From Eledone cirrhosa (lineage: Eukaryota): DNA of 64,000 nt. Both the position numbers and the translations under genes were made by a program. Positions 9,250 through 23,300 of this stretch are shown here, one piece after another. Numbering within the stretch: the stretch's first letter is position 1; the number at the start of each line of letters is the position of its first letter. The DNA lies in assembly GCA_964016885.1 (NCBI GenBank), contig OZ024742.1, positions 164,486,001-164,550,000 on the forward strand, given 5' to 3'. Below the pieces are notes generated by a model, which was not told the DNA's origin, made no database searches, and saw only the letters and a list, made by a program, of their open reading frames with translations.

Positions 9250-12200
9250 TTACAAATTATCTCCCCTTGGCTGGCTGGAAATTATCTCCCATTGGAGGCT
9301 GGAATTTATCTCCCCTTGGACGGTTAGAAATTACCTCCCCTTGGACGGCTGGAAAATATGTCTCCTTGGACGGCTGGAAATTATCGCCCCTTGGACGGCT
9401 GGAAATTATCTCCCCTTGGACGGCTGGAAATTATCTCTCATCGGACGGCTAGAAATTACCTCTCCTTGGACAGCTGAAAATTATCTCCCCTTGGACGGCT
9501 GGAAATTATCTCCCCTTCATTTTTTTTACAAATTATCTCCCGCTGATTTTTTTTTACAAATTATCTCCCCCTGATTTTTTTTTACAAATTATCTCCCCCT
9601 GATTTTTTTTTACAAATTATCTCCCCCTGATATTTTTTACAAATTATCTCCCCCTGATTTTTTTACAAATTATCTCCCCTTGGCTGGCTGGAAATTATCT
9701 CCCCTTGGAGGCTGGAATTTATCTCCCCTTGGACGGCTAGAAATTACCTCGCCTTGGACGGCTGGAAAATATGTCTCCTTGGACGGCTGGAAATTATCTC
9801 CCCTTGGACGGCTGGAAATTATCTCCCCTTGGACAGCTGGAAATTATCTCCCCTTGGACGGCTAGATATTACCTCCCCTTGGACGGCTGGAAATTATCTC
9901 CCCTTGATTTTTTTTACAAATTATCTCCCCCTGATTTTTTTTTACAAATTATCTCCCCCTGATTTTTTTTTACGAATTATCTCCCCCCGATTTTTTTTAC
10001 AAATTATCTCCCCCTGATTTTTTTTTACAAATTATCTACGCCTAATTTTTTTTACAAATTATCTCCCCCTGATTTTTTTTACAAATTATCTCCCCCTGAT
10101 TTTTTTTACAAATTATCTCCCCCTGATTTTTTTTTACAAATTATTTCCCCCTGATTTTTTTACAAATTATCTCCCCCCTGATATTTTTAAAAATTATCTT
10201 CCCTTGGCTGGCGGGAAATTATCTCCCCTTGGACGGCTGGAAATTATATCCCCTTGGAGGCTGGAATTTATCTCCCCTTGGACGGCTAGAAATTACCTCG
10301 CCTTGGACGGCTGGAAAATATGTCTCCTTGGACGGCTGGAAATTATCTCCCCTTGGACGGCTGGAAATTATCTCCCCTTGGACGGCTGGAAATTATCTCC
10401 CCTTGGACGGCTAGATATTACCTCCCCTTGGACGGCTGGAAATTATCTCCCCTTGATTTTTTTTACAAATTATCTCCCCCTGATTTTTTTTTACAAATTA
10501 TCTCCCCCTGATTTTTTTTTACGAATTATCTCCCCCTGATTTTTTTTTACAAATTATCTCCCCTTGAACGGCTGGAAATTATCTCCCCTTGGACGGCTGG
10601 AAATTATCTCCCCTTGAAAGGCTAGAAATTACCTCTCCTTGGACGGCTGAAAATTATCTCCCCTTGGACGGCTGCAAATTATCTCCCCTTGATTTTTTAA
10701 CAAATTACCTCGCCTTGGACGGCTGGAAAATATGTCTCCTTGGACGGCTGGAAATTATCTCCCCTTGGACGGCTGGAAATTATCTCCCCTTGGACGGCTG
10801 GAAATTATCTCCCATTGGACGGCTAGATATTACCTCCCCTTGGACGGCTGCAAATTATCTCCCCTTGATTTTTTTAACAAATTATCTCCCCCTGATTTTT
10901 TTTTACAAATTATCTCCCCCTGATTTTTTTTTACAAATTATCTACGCCTAATTTTTTTTACAAATTATCTCCCCCTGATTTTTTTTTACAAATTATCTCC
11001 CCCTGATTTTTTTTACAAATTATCTCCCCCTGATTTTTTTTTACAAATTATCTCCCCCTGATTTTTTTACAAATTATCTCCCCCCTGATTTTTTTTACAA
11101 TCTCCGCCTGATTTTTTTAAAAATTATCTTCCCTTGGCTGGCGGGAAATTATCTCCCCTTGGACGGCTGGAAATTATATCCCCTTGGAAGGATGGAAATT
11201 ATCTCCCCTTGGACGGCTGGAAATTATCTCCTCTTGGACGGCTGGAAATTATCTCCCCTTGGACAGCTGGAAATTATCTGCCCTTGATTTTGTTTTTACA
11301 AATTATCTCCCCCTGATTTTTTTTACAAATTATCTCCACCTGATTTTTTAAAAAATTATCTCCCCTTGGACGGCTGGAAATTATCTCCCCTTGATTTTTT
11401 TACAAATTATCTCCCCCTGATTTTTTTTACAAATTATCTCCCCCTGATTTTTTTTTTACAAATTATCTCCCCCTGATTTTTTTACAAATTATCTCCCCCT
11501 GATTTTTTTTACAAATTATCTCCGCCTGATTTTTTTAAATATTATCTTCCCTTGGCTGGCGGGAAATTATCTCCCCTTGGACGGCTGAAAATTATCTCCC
11601 CTTGGACGGCTGGAAATTATCTCCCCTTGATTTTTTTTACAAATTATCTCCCCCTGATTTTTTTTACAAATTATCTCCCCCTGATTTTTTTTTACAAATT
11701 ATCTCCCCCTGATTTTTTTTTACAAATTATCTGCCCCTGATTTTTTTTACAAATTATCTCCCCCTGATTTTTTTACAAATTATCTCCCCTTGGCTGGCTG
11801 GAAATTATCTCCCCTTGGAGGCTGGAATTTATCTCCCATTGGACGGCTAGAAATTACCTCTCCTTGGAAGGCTGGAAAATATTTCTCCTTGGACGGCTGG
11901 ATATTATCTACCCTTGGACGGGTGGAAATTATCTCCCCTTGGACGGCTGGAAATTATCTCGCCTTGGACAGCTAGATATTACCTCCCCTTGGACGGCTGG
12001 AAATTATCTCCCCTTGATTTTTTTTACAAATTATCTCCCCCTGATTTTTTTTACAAATTATCTCCACCTGATTTTTTTACAAATTATCTCCCCCTGATTT
12101 TTTTTACAAATTATCTCCCCCTGATTTTTTTACAAATTATCTCCCCTTGGCTGGCTGGAAATTATCTCCCCTTGGAGGCTGGAATTTATCTCCCCTTGGA

Positions 12201-15200
12201 CGGCTGGAAATTATCTCCCCTTGATTTTTTTTACAAATTATCTACCCCTGATTTTTTTTACAAATTATCTCCCCCTGATTTTTTTTACAAATTATCTCCC
12301 CCTGATTTTTTTACAAATTATCTCCCCCTGATTTTTTTACAAATTATCTCCCCCTGATTTTTTTTTACAAATTATCTACGCCTAATTTTTTTTACAAATT
12401 ATCTCCCCCTGATTTTTTTTTACAAATTATCTCCCCCTGATTTTTTTTTACAAATTATCTCCCCCTGATTTTTTTTTACAAATTATCTCCCCCTGATTTT
12501 TTTACAAATTATCTCCCCCCTGATTTTTATTACAATCTCCGCCTGATTTTTTAAAAAATTATCTTCCCTTGGCTGGCGGGAAATTATCTTCCCTTGGACG
12601 GCTGGAAATTATATCCCCTTGGAAGGATGGAAATTATCTCCCCTTGGACGGCTGGAAATTATCTCCCCTTGGACGGCTGGAAATTATCTCCCCTTGGACA
12701 GCTGGAAATTATCTGCCCTTGATTTTGTTTTTACAAATTATCTCCCCCTGATTTTTTTTACAAATTATCTCCACCTGATTTTTTAAAAAATTATCTCCCC
12801 TTGGACGGCTGGAAATTATCTCCCCTTGGCTGGAAATTATCTCCCCTTGGACGGCTAGAAATTATCTCTCTTTGGACGGCTGGAAATTATCTGCCTTTGA
12901 TTTTTTTTACAAATTATCTCCCCCTGATTTTTTTTTACAAATTATCTCACCCTGATTTTTTTTACAAATTATCTCCCCTTGGCTGGCTGGAAATTATCTC
13001 CCCTTGGAGGCTGGAATTTATCTCCCCTTGGACGGCTAGAAATTACCTCGCCTTGGACGGCTGGAAAATATGTCTCCTTGGACGGCTGGAAATTATCTCC
13101 CCTTGGACGGCTGGAAATTATCTCCCCTTGGACAGCTGGAAATTATCTCCCCTTGGACGGCTAGATATTACCTCCCCTTGGACGGCTGGAAATTATCTCC
13201 CCTTGATTTTTTTTACAAATTATCTCCCCCTGATTTTTTTTTACAAATTATCTCCCCCTGATTTTTTTTTACGAATTATCTCCCCCCGATTTTTTTTTAC
13301 AAATTATCTCCGCCTGATTTTTTTTAAAAAATTATCTCCCCTTGAACGGCTGGAAATTATCTCCCCTTGGACGGCTGGAAATTATCTCCCCTTGGACGGC
13401 TAGAAATTACCTCTCCTTGGACGGCTGAAAATTATCTCCCCTTGGACGGCTGCAAATTATCTCCCCTTGATTTTTTAACAAATTATCTCCCCCTGATTTT
13501 TTTTTACAAATTATCTCCCCCTGATTTTTTTTTACAAATTATCTCCCCCTGATTTTTTTTTACAAATTATCTCCCCCTGATTTTTTTTACAAATTATCTC
13601 CCCCTGATTTTTTTTACAATCTCCGCCTGATTTTTTAAAAAATTATCTTCCCTTGGCTGGCGGGAAATTATCTCCCCTTGGACGGCTGGAAATTATCTCC
13701 CCTTGGACGGCTGGAAATTATCTCCCCTTGGACAGCTGGAAATTATCTGCCCTTGATTTTGTTTTTACAAATTATCTCCCCCTGATTTTTTTTACAAATT
13801 ATCTCCACCTGATTTTTTAAAAAATTATCTCCCCTTGGACGGCTGGAAATTATCTCCCCTTGATTTTTTTACAAATTATCTCCCCCTGATTTTTTTTACA
13901 AATTATCTCCGCCTGATTTTTTTAAATATTATCTTCCCTTGGCTGGCGGGAAATTATCTCCCCTTGGACGGCTGGAAATTATCTCCCCTTGATTTTTTTT
14001 ACAAATTATCTCCCCCTGATTTTTTTTTACAAATTATCTCCCCCTGATTTTTTTTTACAAATTATCTCCCCCTGATTTTTTTTTACAAATTATCTCCCCC
14101 TGATTTTTTTTTACAAATCTCCCCCTGATTTTTTTATAAATTATCTCCCCTTGGCTGGCTGGAAATTATCTCCCCTTGGAGGCTGGAATTTATCTCCCCT
14201 TGGACGGCTAGAAATTACCTCTCCTTGGATGGCTGGAAAATATGTCTCCTTGGACGGCTGGATATTATCTACCCTTGGACGGCTGGAAATTATCTCCCCT
14301 TGGACGGCTGGAAATTATCTCCCCTTGGACGGCTAGATATTACCTCCCATTGGACGGCTGGAAATTATCTCCCCTTGATTTTTTTTACAAATTATCTCCC
14401 CCTGATTTTTTTTTACGAATTATCTCCCCCTGATTTTTTTTTACAAATTATCTCCGCCTGATTTTTTTTTTAAAATTATCTCCCCTTGAACGGCTGGAAA
14501 TTATCTCCCCTTGGACGGCTGGAAATTATCTCCCCTTGGACGGCTAGAAATTACCTCTCCTTGGACGGCTGAAAATTATCTCCCCTTGGACGGCTGCAAA
14601 TTATCTCCCCTTGATTTTTTTAACAAATTATCTCCCCCTGATTTTTTTTTACAAATTATCTCCCCCTGATTTTTTTTTACAAATTATCTACGCCTAATTT
14701 TTTTTACAAATTATCTCCCCCTGATTTTTTTTTACAAATTATCTCCCCCTGATTTTTTTTACAAATTATCTCCCCCTGATTTTTTTTACAAATTATCTCC
14801 CCCTGATTTTTTTACAAATTATCTCCCCCCTGATTTTTTTTACAATCTCCGCCTGATTTTTTTAAAAATTATCTTCCCTTGGCTGGCGGGAAATTATCTC
14901 CCCTTGGACGGCTGGAAATTATATCCCCTTGGAAGGATGGAAATTATCTCCCCTTGGACGGCTGGAAATTATCTCCCCTTGGACGGCTGGAAATTACCTC
15001 CCCTTGGACAGCTGGAAATTATCTGCCCTTGATTTTGTTTTTACAAATTATCTCCCCCTGATTTTTTTTACAAATTATCTCCACCTGATTTTTTAAAAAA
15101 TTATCTCCCCTTGGACGGCTGGAAATTATCTCCCCTTGGACGGCTGGAAATTATCTCCCCTTGATTTTTTTTTACAAATTATCTCCCCCTGATTTTTTTT

Positions 15201-18200
15201 TACAAATTATCTCCCCCTGATTTTTTTTACAAATTATCTCCCCCTGATTTTTTTTTACAAATTATTTCCCCCTGATTTTTTTACAAATTATCTCCCCCCT
15301 GATTTTTTTTACAATCTCCGCCTGATTTTTTTAAAAATTATCTTCCCTTGGCTGGCGGGAAATTATCTCCCCTTGGACGGCTGGAAATTATATCCCCTTG
15401 GAAGGATGGAAATTATCTCCCCTTGGACGGCTGGAAATTATCTCCCCTTGGACGGCTGGAAATTATCTCCCCTTGGACAGCTGGAAATTATCTGCCCTTG
15501 ATTTTGTTTTTACAAATTATCTCCCCCTGATTTTTTTTACAAATTATCTCCACCTGATTTTTTAAAAAATTATCTCCCCTTGGACGGCTGGAAATTATCT
15601 CCCCTTGATTTTTTTTACAAATTATCTCCCCCTGATTTTTTTTTACAAATTATCTCCCCCTGATTTTTTTTTACAAATTATCTCCCCCTGATTTTTTTTT
15701 ACAAATTATCTCACCCTGATTTTTTTTACAAATTATCTCTCCCTGATTTTTTTACAAATTATCTCCCCTTGGCTGGCTGGAAATTATCTCCCCTTGGAGG
15801 CTGGAATTTATCTCCCCTTGGACGGCTAGAAATTACCTCTCCTTGGACGGCTGGAAAATATGTCTCCTTGGACGGCTGGATATTATCTACCCTTGGACGG
15901 CTGGAAATTATCTCCCCTTGGACGGCTGGAAATTATCTCCTCTTGGACGGCTAGATATTACCTCCCCTTGGACGGCTGGAAATTATCTCCCCTTGATTTT
16001 TTTACAAATTATCTCCCCCTGATTTTTTTACAAATTATCTCCCCCTGATTTTTTTTACAAATTATCTCCGCCTAATTTTTTTAAATATTATCTTCCCTTG
16101 GCTGGCGGGAAATTATCTCCCCTTGGACGGCTGAAAATTATCTCCCCTTGGACGGCTGGAAATTATCTCCCCTTGATTTTTTTTACAAATTATCTCCCCC
16201 TGATTTTTTTTTACAAATTATCTCCCCCTGATTTTTTTTACAAATTATCTCCCCCTGATTTTTTTACAAATTATCTCCCCTTGGCTGGCTGGAAATTATC
16301 TCCCCTTGGAGGCTGGAATTTATCTCCCCTTGGACGGCTAGAAATTACCTCTCCTTGGAAGGCTGGAAAATATGTCCTTGGACGGCTGGATATTATCTAC
16401 CCTTGGACGGCTGGAAATTATCTCCCCTTGGACGGCTGGAAATTATCTCCCCTTGGACGGCTAGATATTACCTCCCCTTGGACGGCTGAAAATTATCTCC
16501 CCTTGGACGGCTGGAAATTATCTCCCCTTGATTTTTTTTACAAATTATCTCCCCCTGATTATTTTTTACAAATTATCCCCTGATTTTTTTTTTACAAATT
16601 ATCTCCCCCTGATTTTTTTTACAAATTATCTCCCCCTGATTTTTTTACAAATTATCTCCCCTTGGCTGGCTGGAAATTATCTCCCATTGGAGGCTGGAAT
16701 TTATCTCCCCTTGGACGGTTAGAAATTACCTCCCCTTGGACGGCTGGAAAATATGTCTCCTTGGACGGCTGGAAATTATCGCCCCTTGGACGGCTGGAAA
16801 TTATCTCCCCTTGGACGGCTGGAAATTATCTCTCATCGGACGGCTAGAAATTACCTCTCCTTGGACAGCTGAAAATTATCTCCCCTTGGACGGCTGGAAA
16901 TTATCTCCCCTTGATTTTTTTTACAAATTATCTCCCCCTGATTTTTTTTTACAAATTATCTCCCCCTGATTTTTTTTTACAAATTATCTCCCCCTGATTT
17001 TTTTTTACAAATTATCTCCCCCTGATATTTTTTACAAATTATCTCCCCCTGATTTTTTTACAAATTATCTCCCCTTGGCTGGCTGGAAATTATCTCCCCT
17101 TGGAGGCTGGAATTTATCTCCCCTTGGACGGCTAGAAATTACCTCGCCTTGGACGGCTGGAAAATATGTCTCCTTGGACGGCTGGAAATTATCTCCCCTT
17201 GGACGGCTGGAAATTATCTCCCCTTGGACAGCTGGAAATTATCTCCCCTTGGACGGCTAGATATTACCTCCCCTTGGACGGCTGGAAATTATCTCCCCTT
17301 GATTTTTTTTACAAATTATCTCCCCCTGATTTTTTTTTACGAATTATCTCCCCCCGATTTTTTTTACAAATTATCTCCCCCTGATTTTTTTTTACAAATT
17401 ATCTACGCCTAATTTTTTTTACAAATTATCTCCCCCTGATTTTTTTTACAAATTATCTCCCCCTGATTTTTTTTACAAATTATCTCCCCCTGATTTTTTT
17501 TTACAAATTATTTCCCCCTGATTTTTTTACAAATTATCTCCCCCCTGATATTTTTAAAAATTATCTTCCCTTGGCTGGCGGGAAATTATCTCCCCTTGGA
17601 CGGCTGGAAATTATATCCCCTTGGAGGCTGGAATTTATCTCCCCTTGGACGGCTAGAAATTACCTCGCCTTGGACGGCTGGAAAATATGTCTCCTTGGAC
17701 GGCTGGAAATTATCTCCCCTTGGACGGCTGGAAATTATCTCCCCTTGGACGGCTGGAAATTATCTCCCCTTGGACGGCTAGATATTACCTCCCCTTGGAC
17801 GGCTGGAAATTATCTCCCCTTGATTTTTTTTACAAATTATCTCCCCCTGATTTTTTTTTACAAATTATCTCCCCCTGATTTTTTTTTACGAATTATCTCC
17901 CCCTGATTTTTTTTTACAAATTATCTCCCCTTGAACGGCTGGAAATTATCTCCCCTTGGACGGCTGGAAATTATCTCCCCTTGAAAGGCTAGAAATTACC
18001 TCTCCTTGGACGGCTGAAAATTATCTCCCCTTGGACGGCTGCAAATTATCTCCCCTTGATTTTTTAACAAATTACCTCGCCTTGGACGGCTGGAAAATAT
18101 GTCTCCTTGGACGGCTGGAAATTATCTCCCCTTGGACGGCTGGAAATTATCTCCCCTTGGACGGCTGGAAATTATCTCCCATTGGACGGCTAGATATTAC

Positions 18201-20340
18201 CTCCCCTTGGACGGCTGCAAATTATCTCCCCTTGATTTTTTTAACAAATTATCTCCCCCTGATTTTTTTTTACAAATTATCTCCCCCTGATTTTTTTTTA
18301 CAAATTATCTACGCCTAATTTTTTTTACAAATTATCTCCCCCTGATTTTTTTTTACAAATTATCTCCCCCTGATTTTTTTTACAAATTATCTCCCCCTGA
18401 TTTTTTTTTACAAATTATCTCCCCCTGATTTTTTTACAAATTATCTCCCCCCTGATTTTTTTTACAATCTCCGCCTGATTTTTTAAAAAATTATCTTCCC
18501 TTGGCTGGCGGGAAATTATCTCCCCTTGGACGGCTGGAAATTATATCCCCTTGGAAGGATGGAAATTATCTCCCCTTGGACGGCTGGAAATTATCTCCTC
18601 TTGGACGGCTGGAAATTATCTCCCCTTGGACAGCTGGAAATTATCTGCCCTTGATTTTGTTTTTACAAATTATCTCCCCCTGATTTTTTTTACAAATTAT
18701 CTCCACCTGATTTTTTAAAAAATTATCTCCCCTTGGACGGCTGGAAATTATCTCCCCTTGATTTTTTTACAAATTATCTCCCCCTGATTTTTTTTACAAA
18801 TTATCTCCCCCTGATTTTTTTTTTACAAATTATCTCCCCCTGATTTTTTTACAAATTATCTCCCCCTGATTTTTTTTACAAATTATCTCCGCCTGATTTT
18901 TTTAAATATTATCTTCCCTTGGCTGGCGGGAAATTATCTCCCCTTGGACGGCTGAAAATTATCTCCCCTTGGACGGCTGGAAATTATCTCCCCTTGATTT
19001 TTTTTACAAATTATCTCCCCCTGATTTTTTTTACAAATTATCTCCCCCTGATTTTTTTTTACAAATTATCTCCCCCTGATTTTTTTTTACAAATTATCTG
19101 CCCCTGATTTTTTTTACAAATTATCTCCCCCTGATTTTTTTACAAATTATCTCCCCTTGGCTGGCTGGAAATTATCTCCCCTTGGAGGCTGGAATTTATC
19201 TCCCATTGGACGGCTAGAAATTACCTCTCCTTGGAAGGCTGGAAAATATTTCTCCTTGGACGGCTGGATATTATCTACCCTTGGACGGGTGGAAATTATC
19301 TCCCCTTGGACGGCTGGAAATTATCTCCCCTTGGACAGCTAGATATTACCTCCCCTTGGACGGCTGGAAATTATCTCCCCTTGATTTTTTTTACAAATTA
19401 TCTCCCCCTGATTTTTTTTACAAATTATCTCCACCTGATTTTTTTACAAATTATCTCCCCCTGATTTTTTTTACAAATTATCTCCCCCTGATTTTTTTAC
19501 AAATTATCTCCCCTTGGCTGGCTGGAAATTATCTCCCCTTGGAGGCTGGAATTTATCTCCCCTTGGACGGCTGGAAATTATCTCCCCTTGATTTTTTTTA
19601 CAAATTATCTACCCCTGATTTTTTTTACAAATTATCTCCCCCTGATTCTTTTTACAAATTATCTCCCCCTGATTTTTTTACAAATTATCTCCCCCTGATT
19701 TTTTTACAAATTATCTCCCCCTGATTTTTTTTTACAAATTATCTACGCCTAATTTTTTTTACAAATTATCTCCCCCTGATTTTTTTTTACAAATTATCTC
19801 CCCCTGATTTTTTTTTACAAATTATCTCCCCCTGATTTTTTTTTACAAATTATCTCCCCCTGATTTTTTTACAAATTATCTCCCCCCTGATTTTTATTAC
19901 AATCTCCGCCTGATTTTTTAAAAAATTATCTTCCCTTGGCTGGCGGGAAATTATCTTCCCTTGGACGGCTGGAAATTATATCCCCTTGGAAGGATGGAAA
20001 TTATCTCCCCTTGGACGGCTGGAAATTATCTCCCCTTGGACGGCTGGAAATTATCTCCCCTTGGACAGCTGGAAATTATCTGCCCTTGATTTTGTTTTTA
20101 CAAATTATCTCCCCCTGATTTTTTTTACAAATTATCTCCACCTGATTTTTTAAAAAATTATCTCCCCTTGGACGGCTGGAAATTATCTCCCCTTGGCTGG
20201 AAATTATCTCCCCTTGGACGGCTAGAAATTATCTCTCTTTGGACGGCTGGAAATTATCTGCCTTTGATTTTTTTTACAAATTATCTCCCCCTGATTTTTT
20301 TTTACAAATTATCTCACCCTGATTTTTTTTACAAATTATC
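9250..20340 (+). repeat. About 7.4-kb HOR period (~9250-12970 matches ~16645-20340)
   Basis: Offset 7395 (9267/16662, 9680/17075), then 7367 after loss of one 28-bp B unit (10204/17571, 12569/19936, 12801/20168). Confidence 0.88.
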
Positions 20341-23300
20341 TCCCTCTGATTTTTTTACAAATTATCTCCCCTTGGCTGGCTGGAAATTATCTCCCCTTGG
20401 AGGCTGGAATTTATCTCCCCTTGGACGGCTAGAAATTACCTCTCCTTGGACGGCTGGAAAATATGTCTCCTTGGACGGCTGGATATTATCTACCCTTGGA
20501 CGGCTGGAAATTATCTCCCCTTGGACGGCTGGAAATTATCTCCCCTTGGACGGCTAGATATTACCTCCCCTTGGACGGCTGGAAATTATCTCCCCTTGAT
20601 TTTTTTACAAATTATCTCCCCCTGATTTTTTTACAAATTATCTCCCCCTGATTTTTTTTACAAATTATCTCCGCCTAATTTTTTTAAATATTATCTTCCC
20701 TTGGCTGGCGGGAAATTATCTCCCCTTGGACGGCTGAAAATTATCTCCCCTTGGACGGCTGGAAATTATCTCCCCTTGATTTTTTTTACAAATTATCTCC
20801 CCCTGATTTTTTTTTACAAATTATCTCCCCTTGGCTGGCTGGAAATTATCTCCCCTTGGAGGCTGGAATTTATCTCCCCTTGGACGGCTAGAAATTACCT
20901 CTCCTTGGACGGCTGGAAAATATGTCCTTGGACGGCTGGATATTATCTACCCTTGGACGGCTGGAAATTATCTCCCCTTGGACGGCTGGAAATTATCTCC
21001 CCTTGGACGGCTAGATATTACCTCCCCTTGGACGGCTGGAAATTATCTCCCCTTGATTTTTTTTACAAATTATCTCCCCCTGATTTTTTTTTACAAATTA
21101 TCTCCCCCTGATTTTTTTTTACAAATTATCTACCCCTGATTTTTTTTTACAAATTATCTCCCCCTGATTTTTTTTACAAATTATCTCCCCCTGATTTTTT
21201 TTTACAAATTATCTCCCCCTGATTTTTTTTTACAAATTATCTACCCCTGATTTTTTTTACAAATTATCTCCCCCTGATTTTTTTTACAAATTATCTCCCC
21301 CTGATTTTGTTTACAAATTATCTCCCCCTGATTTTTTTACAAATTATCTCCCCCTGATTTTTTTTACAAATTATCTCCGCCTAATTTTTTTAAATATTAT
21401 CTTCCCTTGGCTGGCGGGAAATTATCTCCCCTTGGACGGCTGAAAATTATCTCTCCTTGGACGGCTGGAAATTATCTCCCCTTGATTTTTTTTACAAATT
21501 ATCTCCCCCTGATTATTTTTTACAAATTATCTCCCCCTAATTTTTTTTTACAAATTATCTCCCCCTGATTTTTTTTACAAATTATCTCCCCCTGATTTTT
21601 TTACAAATTATCTCCCCTTGGCTGGCTGGAAATTATCTCCCCTTGGAGGCTGGAATTTATCTCCCCTTGGACGGTTAGAAATTACCTCTCCTTGGACGGC
21701 TGGAAAATATGTCTCCTTGGACGGCTGGAAATTATCGCCCCTTGGACGGCTGGAAATTATCTCCCCTTGGACGGCTGGAAATTATCTCTCCTCGGACGGC
21801 TAGAAATTACCTCTCCTTGGACAGCTGAAAATTATCTCCCCTTGGACGGCTGGAAATTATCTCCCCTTGATTTTTTTTACAAATTATCTCCCCCTGATTT
21901 TTTTTTACAAATTATCTCCCCCTGATTTTTTTTTACAAATTATCTCCCCCTGATTTTTTTTTACAAATTATCTCCCCCTGATATTTTTTACAAATTATCT
22001 CCCCCTGATTTTTTTACAAATTATCTCCCCTTGGCTGGCTGGAAATTATCTCCCCTTGGAGGCTGGAATTTATCTCCCCTTAGACGGCTAGAAATTACCT
22101 CGCCTTGGACGGCTGGAAAATATGTCTCCTTGGACGGCTGGAAATTATCTCCCCTTGGACGGCTGGAAATTATCTCCCCTTGGACGGCTGGAAATTATCT
22201 CCCCTTGGACGGCTAGATATTACCTCCCCTTGGACGGCTGGAAATTATCTCCCCTTGATTTTTTTTACAAATTATCTCCCCCTGATTTTTTTTTACAAAT
22301 TATCTCCCCCAGATTTTTTTTTACGAATTATCTCCCCCCGATTTTTTTTTACAAATTATCTCCGCCTGATTTTTTTAAAAAAATTATCTCCCCTTGAACG
22401 GCTGGAAATTATCTCCCCTTGGACGGCTGGAAATTATCTCCCCTTGGACGGCTAGAAATTACCTCTCCTTGGACGGCTGAAAATTATCTCCCCTTGGACG
22501 GCTGCAAATTATCTCCCCTTGATTTTTTAACAAATTATCTCCCCCTGATTTTTTTTTACAAATTATCTCCCCCTGATTTTTTTTTACAAATTATCTCCCC
22601 CTGATTTTTTTACAAATTATCTCCCCCTGATTTTTTTTACAATCTCCGCCTGATTTTTTTAAAAATTATCTTCCCTTGGCTGGCGGGAAATTATCTCCCC
22701 TTGGACGGCTGGAAATTATATCCCCTTGGAAGGATGGAAATTATCTCCCCTTGGACGGCTGGAAATTATCTCCCCTTGGACGGCTGGAAATTATCTCCCC
22801 TTGGACAGCTGGAAATTATCTGCCCTTGATTTTGTTTTTACAAATTATCTCCCCCTGATTTTTTTTACAAATTATCTCCACCTGATTTTTTAAAAAATTA
22901 TCTCCCCTTGGACGGCTGGAAATTATCTCCCCTTGATTTTTTTACAAATTATCTCCCCCTGATTTTTTTTACAAATTATCTCCCCCTGATTTTTTGTTAC
23001 AAATTATCTCCCCCTGATTTTTTTAAAAATTATCTCCCCCTGATTTTTTTTACAAATTATCTCCGCCTGATTTTTTTAAATATTATCTTCCCTTGGCTGG
23101 CGGGAAATTATCTCCCCTTGGACGGCTGAAAATTATCTCCCCTTGGACGGCTGGAAATTATCTCCCCTTGATTTTTTTACAAATTATCTCCCCCTGATTT
23201 TTTTTTACAAATTATCTCCCCCTGATTTTTTTTTACAAATTATCTCCCCCTGATTTTTTTACAAATTATCTCCCCTTGGCTAGCTGGAAATTATCTCCCC

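Larger units (their letters stand above)
1..16223 (+). repeat. Tandem HOR, about 8.16-kb unit x2 (1-~8063 matches 8162-~16223)
   Basis: Matching ORF-track entries recur at offset 8161 (93/8254, 2428/10589, 4640/12801) and then 8160 (5675/13835, 7938/16098). Shared private variants: CTTCATTT (~1357/~9518) and TCTCGCC (3800/11961). Confidence 0.92.
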
